From the IMG/VR virus record IMGVR_UViG_3300028734_000003, positions 159-64,158 of that record: a DNA stretch of 64,000 nt, one strand, 5' to 3'. The number at the start of each line of letters is the position of its first letter. Within the stretch, counting starts at the first letter, position 1. This document shows, piece by piece, positions 11,664-24,900 of this stretch. Both the position numbers and the translations under genes were made by a program. This DNA is from a virus (lineage: Duplodnaviria > Caudoviricetes). A model generated the notes under the pieces. That model searched no databases. It was given only the letters and a program-made list of their open reading frames with translations, and was not told the origin of the DNA.

Positions 11664-12106
11664 AAAAACAATTTTCAGCTAGCTGTCATTCCATCATCTT
11701 TTACAGCTTCTTCTGTATTGATTTGTAAGAACTCTGGCTTTTCGACTCTTGATATTCCCTCATCAGCCAATTTAAGTGTATCGTCTGTAAGGTTCAAAAG
11801 GTCATTACTGACCATACCTGTTTGCTGTTTGTTTTGGATAGCTACATATTCGATAGTATCTTTATATGAAAGACTATCCAATACGTCTTGTTTGATTTCC
11901 CAAAGAACTTCTTTGTCGGCCATATATAATGACTTTCTATCGTATCCACTATCCACATAGAATGAATGGATTCTGTTTACGGTTTGTATTGGCGATTCTA
12001 CTGGTTTCGATTTGTTCACTGCGTATACTCAATAGCTGAGTCCTCATAAGACTACAACCATAATAGCTACTCTAAATATTGTTGTTATAAGTTTTTTGAG
12101 TTTCAT
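11645..12106 (-). CDS. Membrane-anchored stalk protein; N-terminal partner of the frameshifted hydrolase
   Basis: MKLKKLITTIFRVAIMVVVLGGLSYGVYAV signal anchor, 153 aa. Ends AAA TTG TTT TTT CAA AAC CTG CTA CAG TAA. Confidence 0.8.
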
Positions 12107-12660
12107 GTAGGTTTTTAGTGGTTAAAATACTTTCTTGCTGCAATTCTTTCCTTATGACGTTCTCGTCCGCCAGTTCGGTTTTCATACCATTCTTTACATT
12201 TTTGCGCATTGATAATATCATTTTTCTTTTTCTCCTTTTCGTATAGAACTTCTCTTTCTGCCTCCAATTCTTCTTGGGTTGGCATTTCTATCATTACTCT
12301 TTGTGGTTCGGCTATATCTTCATCGAAGAACATAGGAAACAATCGTTTTAACAAGCTCATTTCGTTATGTATTTTATTAAATAAAACAACGCTGATCCAA
12401 TAATCCATCCAATAAAGAACCATACCCACACCGTAGAATAGTTTGTTTTCTCGATCTTTTCTAGATCATCTTCACTGATAATAATTTTTTCTCTCTTTGG
12501 TTTTGGGACTTTGTAATCCATAACTACCATGTTTCTGATTAAAAATTAAAATATGACAATAGTGACTATACTCAGGTTTTGATAATAATCAAGCATATCG
12601 AACATCGTCAATATATTTTCAAAACAAAAAAGATGTATTTATACATCTTATACTTGACAT

Positions 12661-12900
12661 TTAGAATGGAAGTGACGGATCATCTTCCTGGGTCAATGTT
12701 CTTGGGGCTGGCTGTTCATCTGCCATCTCTATATCGAATATTAAATAGTCTGGATGCCTTCTCTCCATTTTATAATTATTTTTTCTGATCTTTAACTTGT
12801 AATTTACTCAATCGATATTCATCAATCAGGTGAATCATTCGAGTCACAGATTGCCAACCTTTCACCACAGCGCTCAAGTATTTGTTGTATCTTTTTGCAT
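12661..12900 (-). CDS. Small SSB-like protein (DUF736-like) with an acidic ...LPF tail
   Basis: GALW.K...GFTG.MNIDG...NNYK...HPDY core and an EDDPSLPF terminus. Confidence 0.6.
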
Positions 12901-12977
12901 TGGTGTTGTAAAGGATTAAAAAAGCCAACCGGATTAACGATTGGCGTTGGCATTTTTAGAAGCTACCTAGCTTCTAG

Positions 12978-13286
12978 TTAAAATGGCAAATCTCAGCTAG
13001 CTTCTGCTGGCTTATCATTCTTTACTTTTCGACAAATAATTGAGTTGAAGAATTTACCTGGTTCTTTCTTTGATTCGTTTGTTTTGAAGTTGATATATGC
13101 TGTGATCACATCTCCCACAACAAATTGCTTGATAAGGTCTCTCTTGTCGTTATTGAAGTCAACAACGAGACTAGCTGGATATTCCTTATCTGAAACCTCT
13201 TCTAGTCTTACCACTTGCTTAGAGAATTTTTCTCCGAACTTTTCTTCGTAACCGATATGCGTAACTACTCCTTTAAATTCTGACAT
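12978..13286 (-). CDS. OB-fold ssDNA-binding protein (DUF3127-like)
   Basis: FKGVVTHIG..E.FGEKFSKQ..YP....DF..DK..L...F.VGD.I....N; TGA read-through gives the terminus SGDLPF*. Confidence 0.75.
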
Positions 13287-13311
13287 TACTATATAATTTA
13301 TAGGTTAAAAA

Positions 13312-13566
13312 CTATCTACCTCTGTTGGCCTTAATGGCTCAGAGTTTTCTATTTAGTGTTCTACTGATGATACGAATATTTGATTGGCCATTACCAGATC
13401 TTACTCACTTGATATGATCAACCTCTTTCCCATCACCAGTATGAACTCTTCACTCAGCTGCTGCTTTTCTTCTCGCCCTCATTCTAAGTTTGTTTTCGTG
13501 TTGCTTTTCTGGGGTACGATACTTCTTCATATACTTGCTCATATACTCAGATGAATTGCTAGGCAT
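13312..13566 (-). CDS. HNH endonuclease
   Basis: GDGKEVDHIKG..SGNGQSNIRIISRTLNR. Confidence 0.75.
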
Positions 13567-14236
13567 TGGCTATATTTTTTTGAAGTAAATAACAAAGCTA
13601 TCTCTGTCAATTTGGAATCTGTCTGTTCCAGGATATGACTTAAATGTTTGCAATGGGATAATCATATCCCCATCTTCAACATCATATTTTTGGAAAGATG
13701 TCATGAGTGACAAGCCCTTCTCTTGACTAGATAATGAGAATATAATTGCTGGACCGTAGATTATTTTGATTGTTCCTGCTCCAACTACTACAAGTTTGTT
13801 ATTGATTTGACAACCAGAATACAGAATATAAACTGATCAAAATCTTTTAACTTTATCTAGGTCGATACCTAGGAGTTCGTAGTCTTGTTCCTCTTGTGAC
13901 TTTCTTCTTTTCACTTCTGGAACCTTTGCGTTCAATGGGACTTCCACATCTTTTATCATTCCTTATGTTGTGTAAAATATAAAACAAATGGACTATGTCT
14001 GATTTTGTTTAAATAATATAATACCTCATTGAATTTTTTAAGAGCTACGTCTTGAGCTAGTGCTTTACTAAGCATATCATTACTTCAAGATTTTTCAACC
14101 TCATCATCAAAGATAGCTTTCAATAAGAATTTTGGATCTCATGCCAATCTAAGTTTCAAGCCTTCTTCTTTGTTTTCTCGAAACATACCACCAGCATCAA
14201 ATCATTTTTTGAAGTATACCTTTCTATTACTTAGCA

Positions 14237-15610
14237 TTACATAACGTTAACCGATAAAGATTTTACTAGGTCTTCTGAATATTTTTCCGGATCTCACCAT
14301 CACCTGCTTTTGTATGCTGCAACTCTTTGACGATATTGTAGATACATTGGTGTAACAATATCTGAGAAGTCTACCATGATTGGAAGTTTTTTTCAACTCT
14401 CAACTCTTAGAATTCTTCAAATCAATTGCTTGACAGTTGCTGAGAATTTCACTCACATGAAGTAAAATGCTGTATCGAGTTCTGGATAATCTACTCAAGC
14501 CTTTAGTGTTTGGTAGGTAGCTACGATCACTCAGTTTTTTCATCTAAGTTTTTCTATAAGCTCATCACGTTTCTGTGCCTTACTTGTATAGGAATAACAT
14601 TCGACTCACTGAGATCTAAGCTCTTCACAAACTCTATTGACCATTTCTATTCTGTCACAGAACACAACTCACATCCATCTATGCGCCATAGTTTGTTTAA
14701 CTATCTCGCACAGTTTACTTATTCTCTCTTGATGTTCAAGTAATATTTCTTGAAGATGTGGCCAGTCTCTAAACATCTCTATCCCATCGTTGTACCTATA
14801 AACTAGGACCTTTGGATTTGGCTGATGTCACTCGGCTATAATCTTTTTTCAAAAAACATACTCAAAAGAATTATTGTCAACATCATTACTTTCTGGTGTA
14901 GCTGTGAATCAAAAGAAATATCTACACTGGAATCTACAATAAACTTCCATTCTATCTGTAAACTCGCTATTCTTCTTTTTCTTTGGCCCTGTATGCACAA
15001 AGTCCATATGCGCCTCATCAATGATAAGCATCTCGAAATCTTGTTGTAACATCTCTCGATACTTGTTGAATGTAGGTCATACCACTATTGTAATATCTGT
15101 TGTTTTTGCTCCTGGTTTGTAGATAGATACTTTGTCTTTTCAAAAATATCATTGCATCTTTTTTAACATACCAGTGGCGATACCAACAAGGGGAACTACA
15201 ATTAGAGTGGGGACTTGTTTTTGAAATATAGTTGCGGCCATTACGATTGTCTTACCCCATCATTCTCTAGCGATTACGAGTCATGTCTTTCTAGACACAA
15301 GTTGGTCAACGATAACCTGCTGATAGTCATATGGTGTACAATCGAAACTGGGCAAATCTATCTTTCTTTCAGCATACTTGTTAGGTATTTCTTGATAGTC
15401 TCGTTCATATATCTGGTCAAGAACTCATTTTGGGAAAAAGATTTTTCATTCTTCAAAGCAAGACAGTTTATAGTGTTTTGCTCAGAAGAATCATTTTTTC
15501 TTCATCTTATAAAATTGCTTGTTCTTAGGCTGATACTTACTAACGAAAAGATTCATAACATCTGGAGATCAGAACGATCAGAAGATTGTAGTTCAGTTAT
15601 AGTAAAACAT
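14237..15610 (-). CDS. Superfamily 2 DNA helicase
   Basis: Q motif PYDYQ, Walker A AREGWGKT (first Gly = TGA), TLIVVP, Walker B IIDEAH; 457 aa. Confidence 0.85.
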
Positions 15611-16326
15611 TATCCTAGTCTTTTATCTAAAGCTGCATCATAATACTTTTTACAGAAACTTGCTAACTCACAGAACTTACATCAACTATTGAGATTCTCT
15701 TCGTGGATTCCAGTTTCTTTTGCAAACATATAGTTTTCTAAAACTTCATGTACTTTCTTTTGTGCTTCTTCTTTTGTGATATATCTCTTTACTTTACTGA
15801 GATGTACTCTTGCTGAGTTTGATTTCTCCATAGGAATATACTCAAAATATAGTCCGTCGATTCATAGATACTCACATGCTAAAAACGTATAGCCATAGTG
15901 TTGGAAATATTCATCTCGGACATCTCAACTCAAATAGATGTCAGCTTTCTTGCAGGTTTTGAAGTCAACCATATACCATTTTCAATCTACACAATATAAT
16001 TTATCTGCCGTCCCTTCTAGAAACAAGTCTTTATATTTGTATATGAATGGTGTTTCTGAATGTGACTCATCCGCTATTCATTCTATTGCTTTGTTCCGAT
16101 CTCTGATCTTTGTTGCAAGATTTAATCCTATCTGTCTCAATTTCATATCTGAATTGATATGATTATTGTAGTAGTCAAGCCATCTTGTAACATCATATCA
16201 TCTCGCTGCGTAGTGCTGTATTGTTCAAAAGAATAGATTCTTTGGATCTCCATTGAATTCTGTTTCAAAGAAAGCACGAGGACATTTTACAAAGTTATTT
16301 AATGATGACGCTCTTATGATTTCCAT
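15610..16326 (-). CDS. PD-(D/E)XK Cas4-like exonuclease with Fe-S cysteines
   Basis: SSLNNFVKCP, GT..H, EGTADK, VDFKT, Q...Y and a C-terminal CKFC.....C. Confidence 0.8.
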
Positions 16327-16328
16327 AA

Positions 16329-16556
16329 TTAGAATGGTAATGAAGATAAAATATCCTCTTCTTCTGTTGCTGGTACTTCTATGTCTGGCTTTTCGTGTGA
16401 GAAGTTTTCTATAGGATATTGTCAGCGTTCTACCTTAACCATAGTCACCGTTCTTTTTAGAGCAGTGACCTGGAAGGTGTCTAATATTTCATAGAACTTT
16501 CAAACTTCTATTCACCTCAAGATAATATCTCAACATTTGTTTGATATACAGTACAT
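16329..16556 (-). CDS. Small hypothetical protein with an acidic ...LPF tail
   Basis: 75 aa ending ATEEEDILSSLPF*. Confidence 0.55.
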
Positions 16557-16577
16557 TTTTGGTTGGCTACTGATAAA

Positions 16578-16937
16578 CTATTTTTTCTTTGTGTCTTTCT
16601 TTACCGTGATGCTTGTGCTTGTTTGGATGTCTAGGATCTTTTGTGCTGATGGAAGTTGTTGAAGTAATTTCATATCAATCGTTTTAGATTCTGGAATAAT
16701 TTGTTCTGGTATAATCTTGATAACATCTGGGAAGTCCATCATAATATCTACATCTGTGATTCCTTCTTTTAATACCGGGGTCATTCTTGTTGTAGTATAA
16801 ACTAGGAATCCATCACATGTACCAGTTTCAAAACCAGTATCAATAAGTTCTTGTTTCAAATCTTTTAATGTTACTGTATCGTCTAGTATCCTTTGGTTTA
16901 CTTCAACGATTTTTGCTAGTAGTTCGTCTTGGCTCAT
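16578..16937 (-). CDS. Hypothetical protein of the recombination module
   Basis: Intact 119-aa ORF between the annealase and the exonuclease. Confidence 0.65.
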   Translation of the reverse strand: MSQDELLAKIVEVNQRILDDTVTLKDLKQELIDTGFETGTCDGFLVYTTTRMTPVLKEGITDVDIMMDFPDVIKIIPEQIIPESKTIDMKLLQQLPSAQKILDIQTSTSITVKKDTKKK

Positions 16938-17106
16938 TTATTTTTTGAGTAAGTGATTTAAAAATTCTTCAAATGTTGGAGGGATAAACCAGTCAATATC
17001 CAAAGACAAGTTTATATTCTTGTCGATGGATTGCTGGAATTTTATGTCCTCACAATATTCTTTATACGCTCTTGCAAGCTCTTTGAATATTATATTGAGG
17101 TCCATA

Positions 17107-18333
17107 TTATTTTTTAGATTCTAAAGCTGTCTTGTATTTATTGAAGACGTCTGTCGCTTGAGAGAATATTGCCGTTCCTTCTTTCACTTGATGCTTCAAT
17201 CGGAATCCCTTTGTGAGTTCCTTGAGTCTAGTGATAGTGAGTTCTCATTTCACATCAAAGAAGTTTATATCTTCCTCAAACGTAATTACTGCTGGATCTC
17301 TAGGATCTGTTGTTTTTTCCTTGGGTTCTTCCACTGGAGCCGTCGGTTCTTCTTTCGTTGGTTCCGGCTTCGATACTGAATCCACGAGGGCTTCTGTTGT
17401 TTCTGGTACGACCGTCTCAACAATAGGGTCTTCCTTGACTGGAGCAACCTCTGCTGGTGTTTCTTTGCTAGCTTCTTTAGGTTCTCATTGCACAGTTCAC
17501 TTCTTGAATTCTTCGAGATTCTCAACGGTTTTCTTTGACTCATTGAAGAAGTTTGTTGCGGAAGTAAATAGTGGTGTATCTTTTTGGATGTTATAGTCTG
17601 ACCAGATACCCTTGGTAATTTCTTTGAGCTTATCCATATCTAGTTCTTTTGCTTTGAGTGACTCTTCTACTTTTCTTTTGTATGCTTCAATAACCTCTTC
17701 ATCTGTGACTTTTGGGGCTGGTTGTCCAGCAGATCATCCAGATTTTTTAGTTGCTGTCGCTGTATCTACTATGTCAGTAGGTAGGTCTTCTCCACGATAT
17801 ACATATAATCCAAGTCCATGCATTGAGATAGCTTTTGCAAATGCTCTTTGATATGCCTTATTGATTGACATTGAGTCAATACCTTGTACGGTAATATCAA
17901 TGTTCATTTTCTTTTGTCTATCGAATCTTGAGTAAATATATGCTTCTCTCTTCATAGCATCGTTTCTATTATTCATGATAGGAAGCCACGCTGTCTTTGT
18001 AATGTCATTGATCGTTACACTTACCTTAGCATATCAACCGAAGTCATCAATAAATCAAAGCGTTCCGTGCTCGTTTTCATGCCAATGATACGATGCTTCT
18101 GGATAGATTTTAAGCAACTCATTCCAGGCGTCAGCCCAAGAGATATAAGTGAGTCAATCTTTTTCTTCTGTCTCACAAGCAACTTTAGATAACCTTTCAA
18201 AGATAGATAAAACTCTTTGTTCTTCTTCTTTTTGTTTCACATCCTTAGCTTTCGCCTTGAATGTTTCAATCTTTTCTGGGAGCGTGTCTACTTCTTTAGG
18301 CTTTGCTCCAGCTTTCTTCGCTTCTTCTGTCAT
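17107..18333 (-). CDS. Sak/DUF1071-type (Rad52-like) single-strand annealing protein with a long acidic C-terminus
   Basis: LTYISWADAW, VSVTINDIT...WLPIMNNRN, INKAYQRAFAKAISMHGLGLYVYRGEDLP. Confidence 0.85.
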
Positions 18334-19229
18334 TTTTCAATAGTAACATTATAAAGATATTTTTTATGATAGAATGATACTTCTTCGACAAATTCTGGGT
18401 GGTTGTAAAGGAAGTGAATCATATAAGGAGTTACTTGATATCTGTAGGTTCATCCGATCTTATATGGAAATATCGTTTCATATAGTCTTCTTTCGCTTCA
18501 GTCGACATCATTAAGGTCTGTATGCTCGTAGATAAACGAGTCACTAAGCCTATATCAATCGTCTGTCTTTTCTGTTTTGATCTCTGATTTTATTTGTTTG
18601 AATAGTCTATCGCCCATAAGTTCTAGATGATACTCAGCGTAATGTGCAGAAAAAAATGCTGATACCGGTTTCCTTCACTGTGCAGCATACTTATTTATAA
18701 GGTGGTGGGGGAAGACTACATACATAGTCCCCCATCATCTTTCATATGAAATGCTGTTATCTCACAGGAATTTTGTAAATGATTCCACGAGCCTTTGCTT
18801 CAATACATTACTTTTTCTTTTGGTGTTTGGATTTCTATTCCTTCGCTTTCGTTTTAGTTCATGAAGCGACTGGTTTTTTTGCGATGACTTTCTCATCCTT
18901 CTTTACGTTATCAATTAAATCAGCGTCTTTCGTTTCTTTTTCTGGGTCAGCCGTTACGTCTGGATCTTTACTTGGTTCTTCTTCTGGTGTTACTGGAGCA
19001 GTTGGCAACCCCAATTGTTCATCAGTTAACCCTGTATCAGCAGCTTCATCATCATCAATCATCTCGAGCTCTTCTTCGATGTCTGCTTCAGGTAATACTT
19101 CTGCTTCGATACCCATTTGAGTTTCATTAACCCATTGGATAATCTCATTTACTTTTTCTGCGATCTCTAGAATTTCTAGAGGATTGTAGTGATGATCCTC
19201 TCCGAATCTCAATCTACTTTCTGCTGGTG

Positions 19230-21551
19230 TTAAGAGTTTTGCAATCATGCTTTCGCTTTGTTACGAATAAAATCGTCTAGGACGTTCTCTAAGAAATGGT
19301 CTTTATTTTTGTTCCTTCTTAAGAGCGATATCAATCAATTATATATATGCTTGTGTCATTTAGTCAATAGTGTATTTAGCGATATAGATATAATATGTCA
19401 TCCGTCTGCGGTCTTTCATCCATACTCTTCCGTCACAGCGATCAATTGTCTTGTCAATTTTCTGAGTTCCTTTGGATCCAATACAGCGATAAACAAATCC
19501 ACTATAACATCTCCAGCTTCTTCTCTAACCTCAAGCGTATTCACTTTCATATTCGCTAGAGCCAATGCCATAACAAGATTTGATTTCTCATCACTTGCCA
19601 CGATGTATTTCTTGTGTTGGGTAAGCATATCATTCAAATAAGATATAACCGTATCATCATCACATATTCCATAGATATTGTTTACCATCAAGATCCACTG
19701 ACACGATTCATTTATTCTGGAATCGAAGTCACATATCTCCATAGCCCAATATTTATTTTTTATGTCGTTCAACTTTATTTTGCTTATATCTTTTGTCTTC
19801 TCATATCGTTCTTCGATAATAAGACTTTCTTTTATTTTGTCAATAGTTTTATGATTTCCTCTTCTGTATCTTTTCTGGAGATCCATCAACAATCATCTAT
19901 TTACTATAGAGGTGAATCATGGAATCCTTTCTCAAGATATAATAAGTGGACTATTGATTTCATATATCTCATTCATACCTGGTCTTCACTTGGCTGTGCT
20001 CACATTGTCATAGAACGCTCTAAGTACCACTTCCATCTTCTCATTTACATCTCAAGTAAACTCATCAATAAATAATGGTACATGATCCTTGGCTGCTGCA
20101 AGTATTGGTTGTGGTGATAATCACTGAGCAGAATAATATCTTGACGACTCTCTTGTGGAGAATCAAAATAATTCATAGATACAACTCATCAGTGTTGATT
20201 TACCTGATTGCGATTCTCAAGTTACTATAAGCAATGGCGTGTTCAATCCTATATTTCTAAACGATACACAGGACATTGCTCATAACATTCGTATGTAAGA
20301 TAGTGTTACAATAGCTGGGTCATAGATTTCTTTTAACATTGCGTGTGCTTCTTTCATTGTTATCTGAGGTTTGTTCAATGATGTTTTATATTCTTGTGAT
20401 ACAGTTACTGACTCGGACGTATCTCATTTCAACATCTCTCATCAATGGATAAACGCCTTGGTCTCTGGATAGTATCCGTTCTTGTAATAGACTTCGTTTG
20501 TGCGTAGCTCTCATTCTCTTTTGAGTTTATCCAGGCAGTCATAGAAATCCAGGATCTGTGTTTCGCTTCATCTATATGATAGTCATTTATTTAGATACCA
20601 GCGATTGAAAGCCTTTCTATCAATTTCTTTTGAAACAAATATAGGTTCCTTCTCTCATATGCTACACATAAAATATTCTCTTGGGCAGTCGGTAATTATA
20701 TTTTTGTTGAAGTCATAGATTGTCTTGGCATATCCAAATGGATTTACTCACTTAGTAAATAGAACGCTTTTCTTTTCTACTCACTCGGCATCAACACCGT
20801 AATACTCAACGCTATTTTTCAAGAATATAACTCTCTTATGTTTATCTAGCTGTACGGTTTTGCTTCGTTCTTCTTCTATACTTACATCATATGTTTTGGA
20901 CGATAGGTAGTTTTGTATCTTTTCTTTATTGACTAGCTTTTTTGTAATGACTGAGTAAACACTACCAGTCATATTCTGAGATGCATTTGAATTGAAGTCG
21001 AATAACAATCATCAATCAATAAATCAATTATAGTTTATTGATAGATCTTTGATAACATCCTCCATTGGAAGTGTCGTATTGATCTGTGTAATTATGTTTG
21101 TGTCTTCTCGATCTATTCATAATTCATTTTTGAAAGCCATATCTGCAATCTGTTTGATGAATCACAGATACGAAGAAGGAGCGGTCTTATTAGCCTCGAG
21201 CTCCACGAAGCCCTTCTTAACTGACTTCTCTCGTATGATAAACGAATTGGCATATTCATGTCTAGCCGGTCCAAATATTAAATTAAAGAACTTCTTATAT
21301 TGTTGCGATGACTTTATTTTTTTGGAAACGATTGTTGATACCTCATCAAAGATAAACATAATTCTATCTCAACAATCAAGGCTATATTTGAAATGTCTCT
21401 TCTTACGTTCCCAATCATCTGGCTTATCCAATATAATATATCCATCGTCTGGTCTCACATATACATTGATTCACTGCTGGTTTATTTCCTCAGCCTGGGA
21501 CCTGGTTATTTTTTCGTACTTTGATTTCTCTAGTTTGTAATATACGAGCAT
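19230..21551 (-). CDS. Putative replicative helicase / primase-helicase (SF3- or DUF927-like P-loop ATPase), 773 aa
   Basis: Walker A GESQSGKST (first Gly = TGA) and Walker B PLFIDE. The N-terminal domain is unassigned. Confidence 0.6.
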
Positions 21552-21607
21552 CCTTGGATCAAAAGAAATAAAGAGGACAATAAAAGCCCCCTATTGGAAG
21601 CTAGATA

Positions 21608-21799
21608 TTATTTGTCTTCGGTGTCATCATCAAAGACGTGTTTGTATTCTCCATATGAAATGTTGTATTGTTTAGCAAACAGTGATATTTTTATCTTATT
21701 CATCCTCGTTTTTTCTTTCTTATACTCGTTGATAACCTGGATGAACTCTCCTTTTATAAAAGAGTCTTTGTCTTTTTCTGTGTTGAAGAATGGTTTCAT
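21608..21799 (-). CDS. Small basic/helical protein, possible DNA-binding regulator
   Basis: 63-aa ORF with KISLFAKQYNISYG (HTH-like), followed by a terminator-like hairpin at ~21573-21602. Confidence 0.4.
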   Translation of the reverse strand: MKPFFNTEKDKDSFIKGEFIQVINEYKKEKTRMNKIKISLFAKQYNISYGEYKHVFDDDTEDK

Positions 21800-21929
21800 C
21801 GGATTGTTTTGTAACGTTTAAAAAAATAAATTCAAGTGATTTTCTCACTCTAATTTTCTTTTGGTTTTTTACAAGCCGATTGTATCACAGAAATAAAAAT
21901 GATTATGCAAATAGATATTAAATATCACA

Positions 21930-24900
21930 TATCATTGACAAATAAACTAAAAGAATTCTATCATAAGTTTTCTGATTTTCTCAAATTGCTCGTTCGTAAT
22001 TACTGTTTCTAATAGATCAACAACCTTTTGTCATTCAATGACATTTTGTGGTCCACTTCTTTCATTAAATTTATCGTATGGTAACGATCTCGCCATCTTA
22101 ATATCCTCTTCTGTTATTGGTTCTAATTTTTGGATGTATAATCTGATCATAATTATTTTGGTTATTTAATTAAAACAATAATAGATAGATAGAAATCATC
22201 TCAAACATGCATATTCAATGGTCTGTTTTCGATTTCTATTGTTGCTCATTCATACTCAGTGCGACAATAGTCAGCTAATAATTTTGCGTCTGTATTGCTC
22301 GTTGTGTTGTATCAAACATACACTATTTTTGAATAGTGTTGTCAATAATATTCTTTGTCGTATAATGTTTGGATATTTATTTGGTCTTTATTAAGCATAG
22401 AAAAAGTGTTGTAAAGGAAATAAATTATCTAGAGTTCTCATGGATCTCTTGTATTTCTCAGCATTCTGGACAGGTTGTAGTTGCCTGGATATCCTTTCAC
22501 TGGATTATATCATACTCGTGTCAGCAAATTTTACATTCATATTGCATGGGTTTGATTAAGCAAGATAAAATTCTAGCTCAGCTAGTTTGATTTTGTAAAA
22601 TTCTACTATCCTTGGATCTTTGATTTCTCTTATATATCTTTCACACTTTGAAATTGTATTGTGTAGTTGTGGTGGTGACATACTTTCGATCTTCACTCGA
22701 TCATCTTTTGAATCGCTATACCAATAGCCTACTTTGTTGAATTCTCGGTACATCCTGTATCTTTTATTGATTGAATAAAATCTGCTAGGCTGTGTCATAT
22801 CAAAAGCCATAATCTTTTTTGTTTTGCTGTGAGCGATGAGAATTGTAGATCTTCCATTCAATTACATCTCGTCGTTTCTCTATATTGTTTGAATAGTTTT
22901 TCAACCTTGTTGATAAGTTTTTGGTTTTTCATTTCTTACAATTTCTAAATGAGATAAAGTTCATTCTCAGGTCTTTTGCATTTCATAAGGTAGTACCTGC
23001 AAAGTTATTGAGGTCCATCTAAATGTGGCTCAATTATCGTGATTCTTAACCATATTTCAAATAGATATCACATCTCCGTTCTTGTCTTTAAGCATCTTAG
23101 GTTTTATGGAAATAAAATTTAATAGCCTTCTCTTCCTGTAAATCTTTCTTCGTACTCTGCTTTGATTGCTTCCCAAACTCTATACCATTCTCCATCCTTT
23201 GGTACTACTGGATTGTTCAGTTCTTTTTCTAATTTCCTTTTTGTATTGTAGAGATGACTGTCAACCATTTCACTGATTTCAAAATCTTCTCCTGTGCTTT
23301 TGCTTCTGTACTTCATGATTTATTTTGGTAAAAGATTAAAACGGTTTTTTTATCATAACATCTATACGAGACAGTCAAAGTTCTTTGAGCTTCACATCTA
23401 TATCGCTGGCGTCATAACAAGTAAATAGTAATTTTCATTGTTTAAATTTTGGCTTCATACCTTTTGTAATTCAAATAAGATTACATCTATAGACTCTTCG
23501 CATAGAAAAATTTTAAGTTGTAAAGGATTTCTAATATGATATCGCTTTTGCGAATCAATCATCAACCATTGCTTCGTTGACATTTTCTCACTCCAAATAT
23601 ATTGATCAAAGTTTTCTTCAATAAGCATCTTCGTGGTCTAGCAAGACAATATCTATTTTTCCAGGGCAACTCAATATATCTTCCAAATGCCTGGTTGCTT
23701 CGTTCCCTCAAGATTGTGTATATCAATATCTTAGCGTAGTGGACTCGGGTGCATCTATTCAAATCATACGCATTGATTCTTCTTTTCCTTGATATTCTAT
23801 CTTGATTGTATCGCCGTCAATTACATACAAAAACTTTGGGTCTTGGTGTACTAATCACAAGACAACAAAAATAATAAATAAACATATGAGAATTATTGTG
23901 TATTTTTTCATGGAATAGATTATGAATTAAAAATTTCTTTTGGTTCGTATTTCTCAAATTCACTGAGAATATCGTCTTCATCTAGGTATTGATCGCAAGC
24001 ATCTTCTAATTCCCAATCTGTTTTTGTTTCTCCTTTTGAATTTGTCCATACTTCTGGCGTGTATGTTTCATAACGATAGCATTCATTGTTGAGATATTGA
24101 TTCCATTCTTTGAGTTCTGCTATTGCTATTTTTTCTGCCTCTTCTTCTGTTATTATCTTTCCATCATATTCTTTTGGTACTGCCATAAATCATATGTTGC
24201 TGGCTGTATCAAATTGGCATTGTATACCTTTTCAAGCTAGAGAAAAAACAATTCCACTGTGTTCGTAGCAATCCAAAGGAAATGCATAATAAATATCCGT
24301 GAGGTTATTGATATTGCAGTCAAAATCATAATCCAATTCGTTTGGAAAATCATATCTTCTTTGTTCTCTGATACAAAGTTTAGTGAGATAGTCTCACACT
24401 TTTCTTGGGTCGTCATACCATTCGCAATCTGTTATTGCTAGTTTTCTTCAGTCGTTCAATAGATATTCAGTCATTGGAAAGTTTGGCAGAAAATAAAAAC
24501 TATTTTTTTCCTCAAATACTTCGGTCGATTCGCCCATTCTCTAGTGCCATATTCACTAGAATTATCTTGAATTTTTTCTTACCTAATTGCTTGATTCTTG
24601 CATCAAACTTTGCTCTTGTGTCGTCGTTTACTTTGTTGTATATCATTTCAAAGGTGTCATCATAGAATTTGTCTGTTCTTTTTTGTTCTGCCTTTTGACA
24701 TTTTTTACATATTCAATATCCTTTGTCTTGGTCTTGATCGACATATCATTCCCAGGTAGAAAACCAGTCTCAACAACATCCACAAGTAAGCGTCTCACTT
24801 CTGAATTTCTTTTCTACTGTAAATTTTACTTTGTCATTATCTAGATTGTTTACTGTCCTTCTGAGGTTTTCGGCGATACATTTTGTTTTGTTCATTCAAA

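Noticed and set aside
15610-16326. CRISPR-Cas locus around the Cas4-like gene
   Set aside because: No repeat-spacer array or other cas genes were seen; the context is a recombination module.
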